64,000 bases of DNA, taken from a virus. Taxonomy: Duplodnaviria > Heunggongvirae > Uroviricota > Caudoviricetes. The stretch's first letter is position 1. Every line of letters begins with the position of its first letter. Both the position numbers and the translations under genes were made by a program. The stretch lies in IMG/VR virus record IMGVR_UViG_3300028888_000044, positions 195,539 through 259,538 of that record. The stretch is one strand, 5' to 3'. This document shows, in pieces, positions 21,223-30,894 of the stretch. The notes beneath the pieces were generated by a model. It did no database searches. It was not told where the DNA came from and saw only the letters and a program-made list of their open reading frames with translations.

Positions 21223-21420
21223 ATGAACAACAGTCCATATTTGATAGTTGATGATGCAAGCGTCATCAAGGAGATATACAAGATTGACGAGCAAGTTAAG
21301 GAGGAATTGGGCAAGCCAAACTACGACAAGGAAAAGGTTATGAAGCTTAGGTTTGAGCAGTTGCTGAAGGGGATTTATCTTACTCAAGACCCAAATGCTT
21401 GGAGAGTCAATATGTATTAA
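21223..21420 (+). CDS. hypothetical protein
   Basis: ORF track. Confidence 0.65.
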   Translation: MNNSPYLIVDDASVIKEIYKIDEQVKEELGKPNYDKEKVMKLRFEQLLKGIYLTQDPNAWRVNMY

Positions 21421-21439
21421 CATATTTTAATACTTTTTA

Positions 21440-21471
21440 TTTGCCAATATCAAGGAATATGCATATCTTTG
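21440..21471 (+). promoter_or_regulatory. Bacteroidota primary-sigma promoter (-33 TTTG, -7 TATCTTTG)
   Basis: Consensus TTTG-N20-TAnnTTTG upstream of 21495. Confidence 0.75.
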
Positions 21472-21494
21472 TACTATAAGAATTAGATAAAGTT

Positions 21495-22475
21495 ATGTTA
21501 TACGACAAGGAATTGGCAAAGAGATTTATCAGTGACTACAATTTTCCTATACCACTGATTAATGAGATGTATTTTTTCTATCATCTTGTGTTATACGAAA
21601 AAGATTACGGCACATTGACAAAATATAGGGAGCTTGTCTCTTTGATTGAGTCAAAGTACAACGGTGAGTGCAAGAAGTTTCTTGATGAGTATTACAACAT
21701 TAGGGAAAATATCATCCAAACAGTAAGCAACTGCGAGGCATTTCAGAGGTTCAATAAAATGAATATGCTTTGCTATTCAATCAAGAATAAGCCAAACATT
21801 ACAAAGAAAAACATCTTCAATCAGTCAAATGTTGGAAAGTTCTTCATTTCGGTCGATATGAAGAAGGCAAACTTTCAAGCATTGAAGAGTGTTGACAAGG
21901 AGATTGTTCTTGGTGCAGACACATATGAGGATTTCATAGGTAAGTTCACAGACTTGGATTATATCAAGGAATCAAAGTACACAAGGCAAGTTATTTTCGG
22001 CAAGTTGAATCCTAGTAGGCACATTACTGTTGAAATGTATTTGATTACTAAATTGTACGAAGAACTTTCTTCAATCAAATACTTAAACGGAAAATGTGTG
22101 TCATTATCAAATGACGAGATTATCTTTGAGATTGAGCCATTTGATGAAGACTATATGTTTAATGCTGCTCGTGAACATATTGTAAGCATTGCAAAAGACC
22201 TTGGTCTTGATGTCCGTGTAGAAATGTTCTATCTAAAGGCTTACAATCTCGTATTCAAGGAAAGCAGAAGCGTTAGGTCAACCTTTTTCATCAAGGACTA
22301 TGTTGCTACAGAAGGCAAGTTCAAACTCATTGCAGCCCCACAACCATATCACAGCATTATGTACAAATTGTACAAGGGGATTGATTTGATAGAATACGAC
22401 TACCACTTCAACTATGAGGGGATGAATGCAATGATTTGCGAGGAATTCGATATAGAGGAAGTGAGAAAGGATTGA
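21495..22475 (+). CDS. hypothetical protein with polymerase-palm-like motifs
   Basis: FISVDMKKANF, SKYTRQVIFG, SNDEIIF. Confidence 0.6.
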   Translation: MLYDKELAKRFISDYNFPIPLINEMYFFYHLVLYEKDYGTLTKYRELVSLIESKYNGECKKFLDEYYNIRENIIQTVSNCEAFQRFNKMNMLCYSIKNKPNITKKNIFNQSNVGKFFISVDMKKANFQALKSVDKEIVLGADTYEDFIGKFTDLDYIKESKYTRQVIFGKLNPSRHITVEMYLITKLYEELSSIKYLNGKCVSLSNDEIIFEIEPFDEDYMFNAAREHIVSIAKDLGLDVRVEMFYLKAYNLVFKESRSVRSTFFIKDYVATEGKFKLIAAPQPYHSIMYKLYKGIDLIEYDYHFNYEGMNAMICEEFDIEEVRKD

Positions 22476-22497
22476 AACAATTACTGAAAAAAAACAT

Positions 22498-22529
22498 AAA
22501 ATGCAGTCAGAAATGGCTGCATTTTTTTT
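22498..22529 (+). terminator. intrinsic terminator
   Basis: AAAATGCAGTC-loop-GGCTGCATTTTTTTT. Confidence 0.8.
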
Positions 22530-22573
22530 ATTGTCTATTATATTTATAAATGAATAATATTCAATATATTTTT

Positions 22574-22918
22574 ATGGAAAGCAATAAGAATAGGACTAAA
22601 AGCACAGAAGCTGTAGGTAGTAGTGATTACAAGGGATATAATTCAATTAAAGTAGGACGTTATGATGATATGTCCGATGAGATTGAACAAACAGCATCTG
22701 AAATGGGAGGTGTTTTTGACAACGATGCAAAGACGTATGGAGGTCAAAGATACAAGTTTCGTACAAAGGATGCAAGAGATAGATTCAATAGGGCAATTGA
22801 AAAGAAGGTTAAGGACGATAATAATAAACAGAAAAACAAAAAGAAAATTGCAGAATCTATCATTAGAGACATTGTTTTGGAAGGTGTTAAAAAGACATTG
22901 ATGCCTCTGTTGAATTAA
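22574..22918 (+). CDS. hypothetical protein (C-terminal IAESIIRDIVLEG motif)
   Basis: ORF track; ATG 22574 fits the TATTTAT spacing. Confidence 0.65.
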   Translation: MESNKNRTKSTEAVGSSDYKGYNSIKVGRYDDMSDEIEQTASEMGGVFDNDAKTYGGQRYKFRTKDARDRFNRAIEKKVKDDNNKQKNKKKIAESIIRDIVLEGVKKTLMPLLN

Positions 22919-22941
22919 AAATTATAAAAAAACAAAATATT

Positions 22942-23763
22942 ATGAAAATTTATAAGGTAGGCGATTTAAGAAGAATGGTAAAGGAAAGTGCCAAGAGCGA
23001 ATTTGAACCAAAATTTGGCAATAATGTACCAGAAGATAACAAGAAAAACAACGAAAAGGCTTACAAGGATATGCAAAAGGCAACAGCCGACTATGACGGT
23101 GGCTTGACAAAGGAAAAGGGTTTCAAATTACCAGAGAATGATGACAATAGGGGGATGGAAAGCCTTTTTGTAAACAATGCCAACGATGCATATACATCAC
23201 GAGTCAAATCACAGTTGAAGGGGTTCACTTCAAAGGACAACGAGGACATTCACAAGAACGAAAAGCTTGGAAATGCCGAATACGGCTCTGACGATATTGT
23301 CAACCAGTTCAAAAAGAAAGGTGGCAAGTATGCTGACAACAGAAAGAAGGCTGTAAAGATTGGATTAAGCGGTAGAGAATTGAATGATTCTGACATTGAA
23401 AAGAATTATCAGAACCTTTATAATGAAAATCACAAGCTCAAGAAATTGACATTTAAGAACACTGTTTTCCTAACAGAAAACCATATGCTGACAAAAGTTC
23501 CAGATAGTTATATGGTAGAAGGTAACAGATTCGTAATGCGTGATAAGAATGCGAATGAATATCTTGTTGAATGGCACAGTGATAAACCAGAGGTAAAGAG
23601 ACATTTTACAAAGGAGAATATTCGAGAGGAATTTGAAAGAATGATGCATTTATCGAATTACGACAGTGGCAAGTACAACAAGACTTCTACACCACAAGAA
23701 AGACTGAATGAAACAAAAGAGGTTGATGTAATGCTTAATAAGGTAAGAAAATTAATGAAATAA
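22942..23763 (+). CDS. hypothetical protein (VKES/LYNE/LTE/IREE/LNE motifs, putative head protein)
   Basis: ORF track. Confidence 0.75.
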   Translation: MKIYKVGDLRRMVKESAKSEFEPKFGNNVPEDNKKNNEKAYKDMQKATADYDGGLTKEKGFKLPENDDNRGMESLFVNNANDAYTSRVKSQLKGFTSKDNEDIHKNEKLGNAEYGSDDIVNQFKKKGGKYADNRKKAVKIGLSGRELNDSDIEKNYQNLYNENHKLKKLTFKNTVFLTENHMLTKVPDSYMVEGNRFVMRDKNANEYLVEWHSDKPEVKRHFTKENIREEFERMMHLSNYDSGKYNKTSTPQERLNETKEVDVMLNKVRKLMK

Positions 23764-23782
23764 AAAATAGATAGATAACGAA

Positions 23783-24520
23783 ATGGAAAAGGTTTTAAAA
23801 CTTCTTGATGAAATCGTTCTGTTGGTAAAAATACATGGTATAAATGCTGTTTATTGGCTAGTTGTTTTGTTTTATGTAATTGGAATATTGTATCCAAAAT
23901 ATTCATTGGAAATGCTTAGCGCAAGCAACGTAATAGTATTGGGTATTATATGGCTTGGCGCACAACTCATCAATGGGGTAGGTTCCAAAGTGGAACATAG
24001 TATACAGAATAGCAAGAGATTAAATTCTAGTGTCGAAATTAGGCAGAATTTAAGACAATTACTTGAAGAAACACACGCAGATAGGGCTTATATAATGGAA
24101 TACCACAACGGCAAGGAGAATCCTACGTTACTTCCATTTATATATCTTGATATGACATTCGAGGAAACTGCAAACAAGAGTATGAACTTCATACATAAGG
24201 AATATCAGAATATGAATGTTTCATTATTCAGCTTACCAATGTACATTGCAGAACATTATGTATTTACTGGTCCAGTAGATGATTTGGTTGAAATTGACCA
24301 GAAGGTTGGTAGAAGATACCAAGACCACGGAACAAAGTACTGCTCAATCATTCTTCTCAAGAGTGAAGGTATAATGATTGGAATTATGGGTATTTCATAT
24401 CGTGAGACACCTAATATGAGCAATGAAGAAATACAAGCAAAGATGGCAATCTATGCACAAGATATATCAAATTATCTTGATTTGGCGAAATGTGATTTTA
24501 AGAAACAACAATATGATTAG
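23783..24520 (+). CDS. holin-like membrane protein with C-terminal GAF-like domain
   Basis: N-terminal hydrophobic helices; ADRAYIMEYHNG...IGIMGISY GAF-like pattern, an architecture resembling T4 holin T. Confidence 0.55.
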   Translation: MEKVLKLLDEIVLLVKIHGINAVYWLVVLFYVIGILYPKYSLEMLSASNVIVLGIIWLGAQLINGVGSKVEHSIQNSKRLNSSVEIRQNLRQLLEETHADRAYIMEYHNGKENPTLLPFIYLDMTFEETANKSMNFIHKEYQNMNVSLFSLPMYIAEHYVFTGPVDDLVEIDQKVGRRYQDHGTKYCSIILLKSEGIMIGIMGISYRETPNMSNEEIQAKMAIYAQDISNYLDLAKCDFKKQQYD

Positions 24521-24522
24521 TT

Positions 24523-25158
24523 ATGAAAATAGGTAAAATGCACATAATAATGTTGCTTATGGCATTGGCAATATTTGTACTTGGTGCATTGTTGTACAAT
24601 GAACATAATGCAAGTAATAGGGCATATGCTGAAGGTTACAAGAATGGAACATATGTAATTGAAAAGGCTGACGAGACAATCAACAGCCTTAAAAATGAAA
24701 ACAAGGAACTATATGATTCCATAAAGTCATATAAGGACAAGGTTACGTTTGTTACACAGTTCAAATACAAGAAGATATATATCACAGATACGGTATATGT
24801 CAGCAAACCGCAGCCAAATGATACTGTAAAGACATTTGTTTATCAGAACAAGAAAGAGAATGACTCATTGAACTATAAACTGTCTATAGGCAGTATAGCA
24901 GAGCCAAATTGGTACAAGTTGGATATGACTGTAGGTGACAAGTTCACAATCATAAACAAGAAGGATGGCGATACAAACCAGACAATTATAGACAGTGGAA
25001 ACAATGGTCTTATCGAGGAAGTCACTGTTATAAACAAGAAGCAGAACAGTTTTTGGAAGAGATTCGGATATGGTCCAAACTTCGGTTTTGGTTATGGATT
25101 GGTTAAAAAGGAATTCGACTTTTATGTAGGATTTGGAGTAACTTATGATTTAAAATAA
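24523..25158 (+). CDS. membrane-anchored coiled-coil protein with C-terminal beta-strands (spanin candidate)
   Basis: N-terminal TM, coiled coil, DTVY motif, C-terminus GYGPNFGFGYG...FYVGFGVTYDLK. Confidence 0.5.
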   Translation: MKIGKMHIIMLLMALAIFVLGALLYNEHNASNRAYAEGYKNGTYVIEKADETINSLKNENKELYDSIKSYKDKVTFVTQFKYKKIYITDTVYVSKPQPNDTVKTFVYQNKKENDSLNYKLSIGSIAEPNWYKLDMTVGDKFTIINKKDGDTNQTIIDSGNNGLIEEVTVINKKQNSFWKRFGYGPNFGFGYGLVKKEFDFYVGFGVTYDLK

Positions 25159-25233
25159 TTGAAAAAATATATAGCAATTTTATTGATTGTTATATATTTT
25201 TTTTATATATTTTAATATATTAAAACTGATATT

Positions 25234-25428
25234 ATGATGACGTTTAATTTTAATGCAATTTGGATTTTCATATTCGTGTACGCTATCCTTGTAGTCATCA
25301 AGAACGTATACGGTGTTATAAAGATTTCTGTACTGAAGCAAGGAAAGGTTGACACAACAACATTCAACCAAGTGTCATTAGGGCTTGCTATTTCATATAT
25401 AATAACTTTTTTAATTATTTGCATTTAA
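25234..25428 (+). CDS. small two-TM membrane protein
   Basis: Two hydrophobic segments. Confidence 0.6.
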   Translation: MMTFNFNAIWIFIFVYAILVVIKNVYGVIKISVLKQGKVDTTTFNQVSLGLAISYIITFLIICI

Positions 25429-25429
25429 G

Positions 25430-25876
25430 ATGGGATTGAAAGAAAAGATAAATGAGATTTCGGACTATTTCAGAGGTATTGAATATTTCAATGATGCTTT
25501 GATTGTCAAGGCTGCATTTCCTCCACAACTAAATGTAATAGGAAACGAGGAAAAGGGTATCAAGGTTGCACAGTCTGATGATGGCTTGTGGTACTATTTC
25601 GGTGACAAGAACAATATTGAAATTGAAGACATATTTGATTGGATTAAGACAACGGTATATGTATATGAAGAGGCAAAGAAGAAGGCTGCGCTATATAAGG
25701 CAAAGTGCGACGAGCTTAAACAGATATTTGGAAATACATCTTATGACAAGTTAGAGACATTGCAATTTGTATTTGATGAAAAGAAGCCTTCCTCAAAGAG
25801 AGGCGGCAGACGAAAGAAAAAGTCTGAAGAGAGCACACAAAACGAAAATAATGAAACAGACAAAGAAGAACAATAA
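25430..25876 (+). CDS. hypothetical protein
   Basis: ORF track. Confidence 0.7.
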   Translation: MGLKEKINEISDYFRGIEYFNDALIVKAAFPPQLNVIGNEEKGIKVAQSDDGLWYYFGDKNNIEIEDIFDWIKTTVYVYEEAKKKAALYKAKCDELKQIFGNTSYDKLETLQFVFDEKKPSSKRGGRRKKKSEESTQNENNETDKEEQ

Positions 25877-26238
25877 TGGACATTTTGATTTATTCATTGA
25901 TATTTTATGGGCTTAGCTATTGCATTGTATATGCAGCTGGTCCTTTCAATATATTTACAAAATACAGAGAAATAGCAGAAAGTAAGTTTCCTTCAAATTT
26001 GGGTGATTCAGTCAAATGTATGTTCTGTACACCATTTCAGTTGGGGTTGCTGTTCAGCTTGATAAACTATTTCTTGCTTGACAATGCATTTCCAGCACCA
26101 TCATTGTATTGCGACCCAACTGAATCATATTGGTATATATCAGTAATTTTTGATGGCGCATTTACAGCATCTGTAGTCTATCTTATAGATACTGTTCAAT
26201 GCTGGTTTGAAGGTGAAAATGAGGGAGAAGATGAGTAA
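25876..26238 (+). CDS. DUF1360-like membrane protein
   Basis: Hydrophobic helices with CMFC motif; TAATG overlap. Confidence 0.5.
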   Translation: MDILIYSLIFYGLSYCIVYAAGPFNIFTKYREIAESKFPSNLGDSVKCMFCTPFQLGLLFSLINYFLLDNAFPAPSLYCDPTESYWYISVIFDGAFTASVVYLIDTVQCWFEGENEGEDE

Positions 26239-26461
26239 TATAGAGCTACAAAGAGAACATAATGAATTACAGAATGAGCGTAAACTGTATGGGCTTATGC
26301 TTAAGAAAAACCAAGAACATATTGCAGAGATGCTCAAAGGTGAGATGGGTAGTGATATGAAGGATGTTATGTCTGGTAAGAAAAAGGTCACTGAACCATT
26401 ATTATCAAGATTGAAGTATAAAATAACTTATTATGTCGAAAAAATTCTAAAAACGATATGA
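26231..26461 (+). CDS. hypothetical protein
   Basis: ORF track, ATG at 26231. Confidence 0.65.
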   Translation: MSNIELQREHNELQNERKLYGLMLKKNQEHIAEMLKGEMGSDMKDVMSGKKKVTEPLLSRLKYKITYYVEKILKTI

Positions 26462-26688
26462 TTACTAGTTTTGATATAATCAAATTAGGAACAAAAATAA
26501 GCCAAGAACTGAAGTCTTTACGTATAGACAAAGAATGTGTAATGTCAATAAGTATAGGTAATGATAATCTACATAAATTGGATGAGGATTTCTATTATAG
26601 AAATTTTCCAGATGGTAAAGACTATGTTCCTACTGATGGTGAATTGGATATAAAGTTCGACAATTTGAAAATAACAATTAAAGAATGA
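26458..26688 (+). CDS. hypothetical protein
   Basis: ATGA overlap. Confidence 0.65.
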   Translation: MITSFDIIKLGTKISQELKSLRIDKECVMSISIGNDNLHKLDEDFYYRNFPDGKDYVPTDGELDIKFDNLKITIKE

Positions 26689-27368
26689 CTGGGCAGACTA
26701 GTTATCAATTGATTCTACTGAAGGGTAATGATTGTATAAAGACAATAAGCAGTCATTTCAGCTATGCAAGGGCAAAATACAAATATGACAAGATGCTTGA
26801 AGATAACAAAGCTGTCTTGTTTCCAATACAATACCTAAATGTTGAAAAGATTGTTGAAGTGAAGTATTATATTGCATTGCTTGAGAGAAGAAACGAAAAA
26901 GGTAATGAATCCACAAAACTGAAGAATGAATACGGTCAATATGTTGACCACATCATAATTGACAATGATAATTGGCTAATGATAGAAAAGGAGGAATACA
27001 ACTTTGAAGAGACTTTTTGGGTATATGGATATAATCCTCATTTCTTCAGAAAGACATTCTCGTTCATTTTTAAGGAGCTTATATTGAAATATGCTAATAA
27101 TAAGTATGAATTCCTCAACATACATTTCTACAAGAACAAGGTTATCATTGAATCATTCAGCCATACAGATATGATTATATGCAAGAATGGAAGTGATGCT
27201 ATTAGGCTATATTGTCTGTTGGATGAATATTGCAAGAATTTCAAGATAAAACAAATAATGTTAAGTGGAAATGATGCTAGGAACAGAATTTCATCAACAA
27301 GAACAATTGACAAGATAGAGGCTCTGACACATTGGAGTAGAAAGAAGATACAAAGGAATACAACATAA
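26685..27368 (+). CDS. hypothetical protein
   Basis: ATGA overlap; hairpin terminator follows at about 27368-27402. Confidence 0.7.
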   Translation: MTGQTSYQLILLKGNDCIKTISSHFSYARAKYKYDKMLEDNKAVLFPIQYLNVEKIVEVKYYIALLERRNEKGNESTKLKNEYGQYVDHIIIDNDNWLMIEKEEYNFEETFWVYGYNPHFFRKTFSFIFKELILKYANNKYEFLNIHFYKNKVIIESFSHTDMIICKNGSDAIRLYCLLDEYCKNFKIKQIMLSGNDARNRISSTRTIDKIEALTHWSRKKIQRNTT

Positions 27369-27483
27369 AAATGCCAAATACATTGATGTATTTGGTATTT
27401 TTTATATCATATTAAATTAAAAAAAGTTAAAATTTATTTTTAATTATTTAATATATTTTATATAATAACAAAAAATATTGATT

Positions 27484-27948
27484 ATGGCTAAAATTTTTGA
27501 AACAGCAGAAAATATTGTGGATATGGTTGAAGAAATATTCACCAACGCTGGTTTATCCAATTATGGTTTGGGATTAAAGGTACTATCATTGACAAAAGCA
27601 AGGGATGTAGTAAAGATTTCACGAGCAAGTGCAACAACAAATTATCTTACCAAGAACAAGGTTGACTTGACATTGTTTATTTATGAGGAAGCATTTGAAA
27701 AACTTCCAGAAGCTTCACAGCGAATGCTGATAGATATGGTATTATCAAACGTTTCATATGACATTGAGAAAGATAAGCTTAATGTTGAAACAAACCCATA
27801 TATGCAGATATTCCAAATGACAAAAAAGTATGGTGAAGAATTCTTGCATACACTTGAGTCTTCTTATTTCATTATAAGACAAATAGAAGAAGAGAAGAAG
27901 GAGCAAAAGGAAATGGAAAAACAGAATAAGAAAAATAAAAATATTTAA
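27484..27948 (+). CDS. hypothetical protein, weak resemblance to phage metallopeptidase family without the HE motif
   Basis: FEKLPEASQRMLIDMVLSN aligns by eye with W..L...Q..ALxDHELxH. Confidence 0.45.
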   Translation: MAKIFETAENIVDMVEEIFTNAGLSNYGLGLKVLSLTKARDVVKISRASATTNYLTKNKVDLTLFIYEEAFEKLPEASQRMLIDMVLSNVSYDIEKDKLNVETNPYMQIFQMTKKYGEEFLHTLESSYFIIRQIEEEKKEQKEMEKQNKKNKNI

Positions 27949-27951
27949 TTT

Positions 27952-28656
27952 ATGGGAAATTTAAATCAAAAATGGTTTAATCTTTGCTTTGTAATTGACA
28001 AGAGCGGAAGTATGTATACCTCAAGAGAAGACGTTATTGGCGGTTTTATCAAGACAATGGATGAGCAGAAAAAGAAGCAAGACTTTAAGGTAACGGTGTC
28101 TCTTTATACGTTTAATGAAGAAGTTACAGAGGAATATCTTGGAATTGACATCAAGGATGTTAAAGATTTGGAATATAATCCAGATGGACTTACTGCAATG
28201 AATGACGGTATAGCTACAGCAATCGACAATGTTGGAAAGTGGCTTTACGATTTAGACCAAAAGGGAGAAGAACTTCCAGGTAAAACATTGTTTGTTGTTA
28301 TGACAGATGGAATGGAAAATGCTTCAAAGAATTTTACAATCAATCAAGTAAGGGACAAAATCAAGGAGCAGACAGAAAAGTATTCTTGGGAATTCATTTA
28401 TCTTGGTACAGATATTACAACTACAAAGGCAGCAGACCAACTTGGATTTAAGCATAAGGCTTTCGGTGATAGAGGAACGTTCCTTGAGAATTATAACATT
28501 GTAAATAATGCGACTGAAGCTTATTATTGCAGTGCGATGTGTGATTGCTCATTGGAAGAGAGTACTGCCGCATTGAATACAAGTCTTGCAATGGATTCAA
28601 CTAATAGGACGAAGAACTACGAGAAGAAGTTGGGACGTAAGTTGTCCAATGATTAA
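27952..28656 (+). CDS. vWA domain protein
   Basis: MIDAS DKSGSM, TAMNDG, VMTDGMEN. Confidence 0.85.
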   Translation: MGNLNQKWFNLCFVIDKSGSMYTSREDVIGGFIKTMDEQKKKQDFKVTVSLYTFNEEVTEEYLGIDIKDVKDLEYNPDGLTAMNDGIATAIDNVGKWLYDLDQKGEELPGKTLFVVMTDGMENASKNFTINQVRDKIKEQTEKYSWEFIYLGTDITTTKAADQLGFKHKAFGDRGTFLENYNIVNNATEAYYCSAMCDCSLEESTAALNTSLAMDSTNRTKNYEKKLGRKLSND

Positions 28657-29440
28657 AAAATATGATGGAATGGAATATGATGAAGTAATCAAAAGCATCA
28701 GTTATAACCAGCACGAAATATTATACAATATAATCAACTTACACAACAATGGGCAACCGTTCGATTGCGACCCAACGTATTCAAAAGGAAACTTTTATGG
28801 TACTTTTACTGTAACAAAGTCAGACGGTAGGGAAATGGTTATAGAGGTTCCGCAACCAATACATAAATTTGATGTATATCCGCAAGTGGATGGCGTAGTA
28901 CAGATTGAACCTCTTGGACAGCTTCCATTGGAAGACAATTCAATATCAAGCATTTGTATTGATTTACCGTTTCTACTTGGATGCGGAGAGTCTGTAAAGA
29001 ACATGGACGAGAACAAGAAGAGGAATAATCTTATGCATAGAAGATTTGCATATTATTATCCTCTTTCTGCTCTATTGGAAAGCTATAAGCATTGGATAAC
29101 AGAGGCTTATAGAGTCTTGAATGAAGGTGGAATATGTGTATTCAAATGTCAGAATGTTATTACTGCAAGCAAGTTTTTGGGGACACCCTACTACAGCAAA
29201 CTGATTGCTGACAGTGTTGGTTTTGATATGCTTGACGAATTTGTCTTGTTGGCAAAGAACCGATTGATTAGTGGTAAGGTTAAAAAACAGCAACACGCAA
29301 GGTCGTTTCATAGCTTCTTTCTTGTATTCAAGAAATCGCATAAGAGGAAAGTCCCTTATTTTGATTTTATGAATGTAGAAGAAGCAAATTCTTTATTGGT
29401 TGGTTTATTAAAGAATAACATAAAAAAAAGAAAAAAATGA
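28649..29440 (+). CDS. DNA amino-methyltransferase-like protein
   Basis: DPTYSKGNFY, DLPF (DPPF-like), EAYRVLNEGG. Confidence 0.7.
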   Translation: MIKKYDGMEYDEVIKSISYNQHEILYNIINLHNNGQPFDCDPTYSKGNFYGTFTVTKSDGREMVIEVPQPIHKFDVYPQVDGVVQIEPLGQLPLEDNSISSICIDLPFLLGCGESVKNMDENKKRNNLMHRRFAYYYPLSALLESYKHWITEAYRVLNEGGICVFKCQNVITASKFLGTPYYSKLIADSVGFDMLDEFVLLAKNRLISGKVKKQQHARSFHSFFLVFKKSHKRKVPYFDFMNVEEANSLLVGLLKNNIKKRKK

Positions 29441-29607
29441 GTAGTATTTCTCTTTTAAAACAAATTGAAGATTTTGACAAGAATTGTTGCGTAAAAAGTT
29501 TATGGAATGCAATAAAATATTAGAATATCCAGCTGATTAAAATATTTTTTTAATCGTATAAAGTTTTATTCTTTCATAAAAGTATTTATATGTAAAATAC
29601 AATAAAT

Positions 29608-30666
29608 ATGATTAGTGAAAAATTAAAACAAGAGGCACTTGATTTCTTGAAAGGCGTTATTGCAGAAACCGATAGCGAAGGAAAAGCAATTGGTTATAAT
29701 AGCGGTTATACAAAAGGTTATAGTATTGGCTTGGCAGAAGGACAAGTAAACGGATTCAACAGTGGATACACCAAGGGTTATTCTAATGGTATTTCTGAAG
29801 GTAAATCAAGCGGATACACGAATGGATATAACAGTGGTTACACTGTAGGTATTGCTGAAGGCAAGACTGTTGGTTACAACAGTGGAAAGACTGAAGGATA
29901 TAATGTAGGATATAACAGTGGTTACACAAAGGGATATGATGTTGGTTATAAAGAAGGTCAAGCTCAAGCAGACCCAACAGAACCAGACGTTCCAGAACCA
30001 GAACCAATTACTCCACCAGTAGAAGAATACAATAGTGAAAAGGCAATTGCTAACTTGAAGGCTTTGAAGGTAGGTTCTTATGTATTTGCCATTATGGACA
30101 AGTTTGGCAATGCTTATGCTACTGTTGATGATTGGAAGAATGCTGGTAGCAAAGAAGTGTTGGGTATAGCCTATTGCAGCTCATCAAGACAAATGTGTAT
30201 GGGCATAAAGAAGCTAGCATCAAGTGTGTTTGGAGGCTATGGAATTAATTTCAACTCAAAGGTTTACACAACAACAAAGCAATGGCACAACACATCTACT
30301 TCTGAAGTTGCAGCGTTTGATGATTATACTGGTGTATCAAATACTGAAGGCATCATTGAAGGATGCAATGATAGCTTGGCAGCGAAGTGTCGCGATGTTG
30401 TATTCGCAAACGGAAAGAATGGATATATGCCAGCTTGTGCTGAATTGAGAACATTTTGCAAGTTTTTCTCACAAGTAGACAAATTGTTGGAAGGTGTTGG
30501 CGGTGACAAATTAAAGACCATCAGTGGTGCTCAAGCATTACATTCTTCGACTTGCAAGAATAAATCATATGTATGGACAGTAAGATATTACAAAGACGGT
30601 GACGCTCAACCACAAGCAAATTTAAAGACAAACAAGTTATCAACTAGAGTCTTTGTTGAACTATAA
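29608..30666 (+). CDS. GYxxG-repeat protein with Pro linker and DUF1566-like C-terminal domain
   Basis: Long GxxxG run (GYNSGYTKG), PEPEP linker, GYMPACAEL. Confidence 0.7.
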   Translation: MISEKLKQEALDFLKGVIAETDSEGKAIGYNSGYTKGYSIGLAEGQVNGFNSGYTKGYSNGISEGKSSGYTNGYNSGYTVGIAEGKTVGYNSGKTEGYNVGYNSGYTKGYDVGYKEGQAQADPTEPDVPEPEPITPPVEEYNSEKAIANLKALKVGSYVFAIMDKFGNAYATVDDWKNAGSKEVLGIAYCSSSRQMCMGIKKLASSVFGGYGINFNSKVYTTTKQWHNTSTSEVAAFDDYTGVSNTEGIIEGCNDSLAAKCRDVVFANGKNGYMPACAELRTFCKFFSQVDKLLEGVGGDKLKTISGAQALHSSTCKNKSYVWTVRYYKDGDAQPQANLKTNKLSTRVFVEL

Positions 30667-30693
30667 TTAATCAATCTAAAAACTTACTTTAAT

Positions 30694-30894
30694 ATGAACG
30701 ATAAAGAACTTAAAATTTTAACACTTTTAGATGATGCATATAGAGAAGGTTTTGCAAAAGGCAGTGAAGATTCACCCATACCTCAAGACGAATCGTTTAT
30801 ATCAATAGACTTAAAATCAATGTCAGACTTGATTTCAAAAAAAACTTATATTCCAAATCAAATATATATTGTAGAAGATGAACATAATAGTTAG
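30694..30894 (+). CDS. hypothetical protein
   Basis: ORF track. Confidence 0.6.
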   Translation: MNDKELKILTLLDDAYREGFAKGSEDSPIPQDESFISIDLKSMSDLISKKTYIPNQIYIVEDEHNS

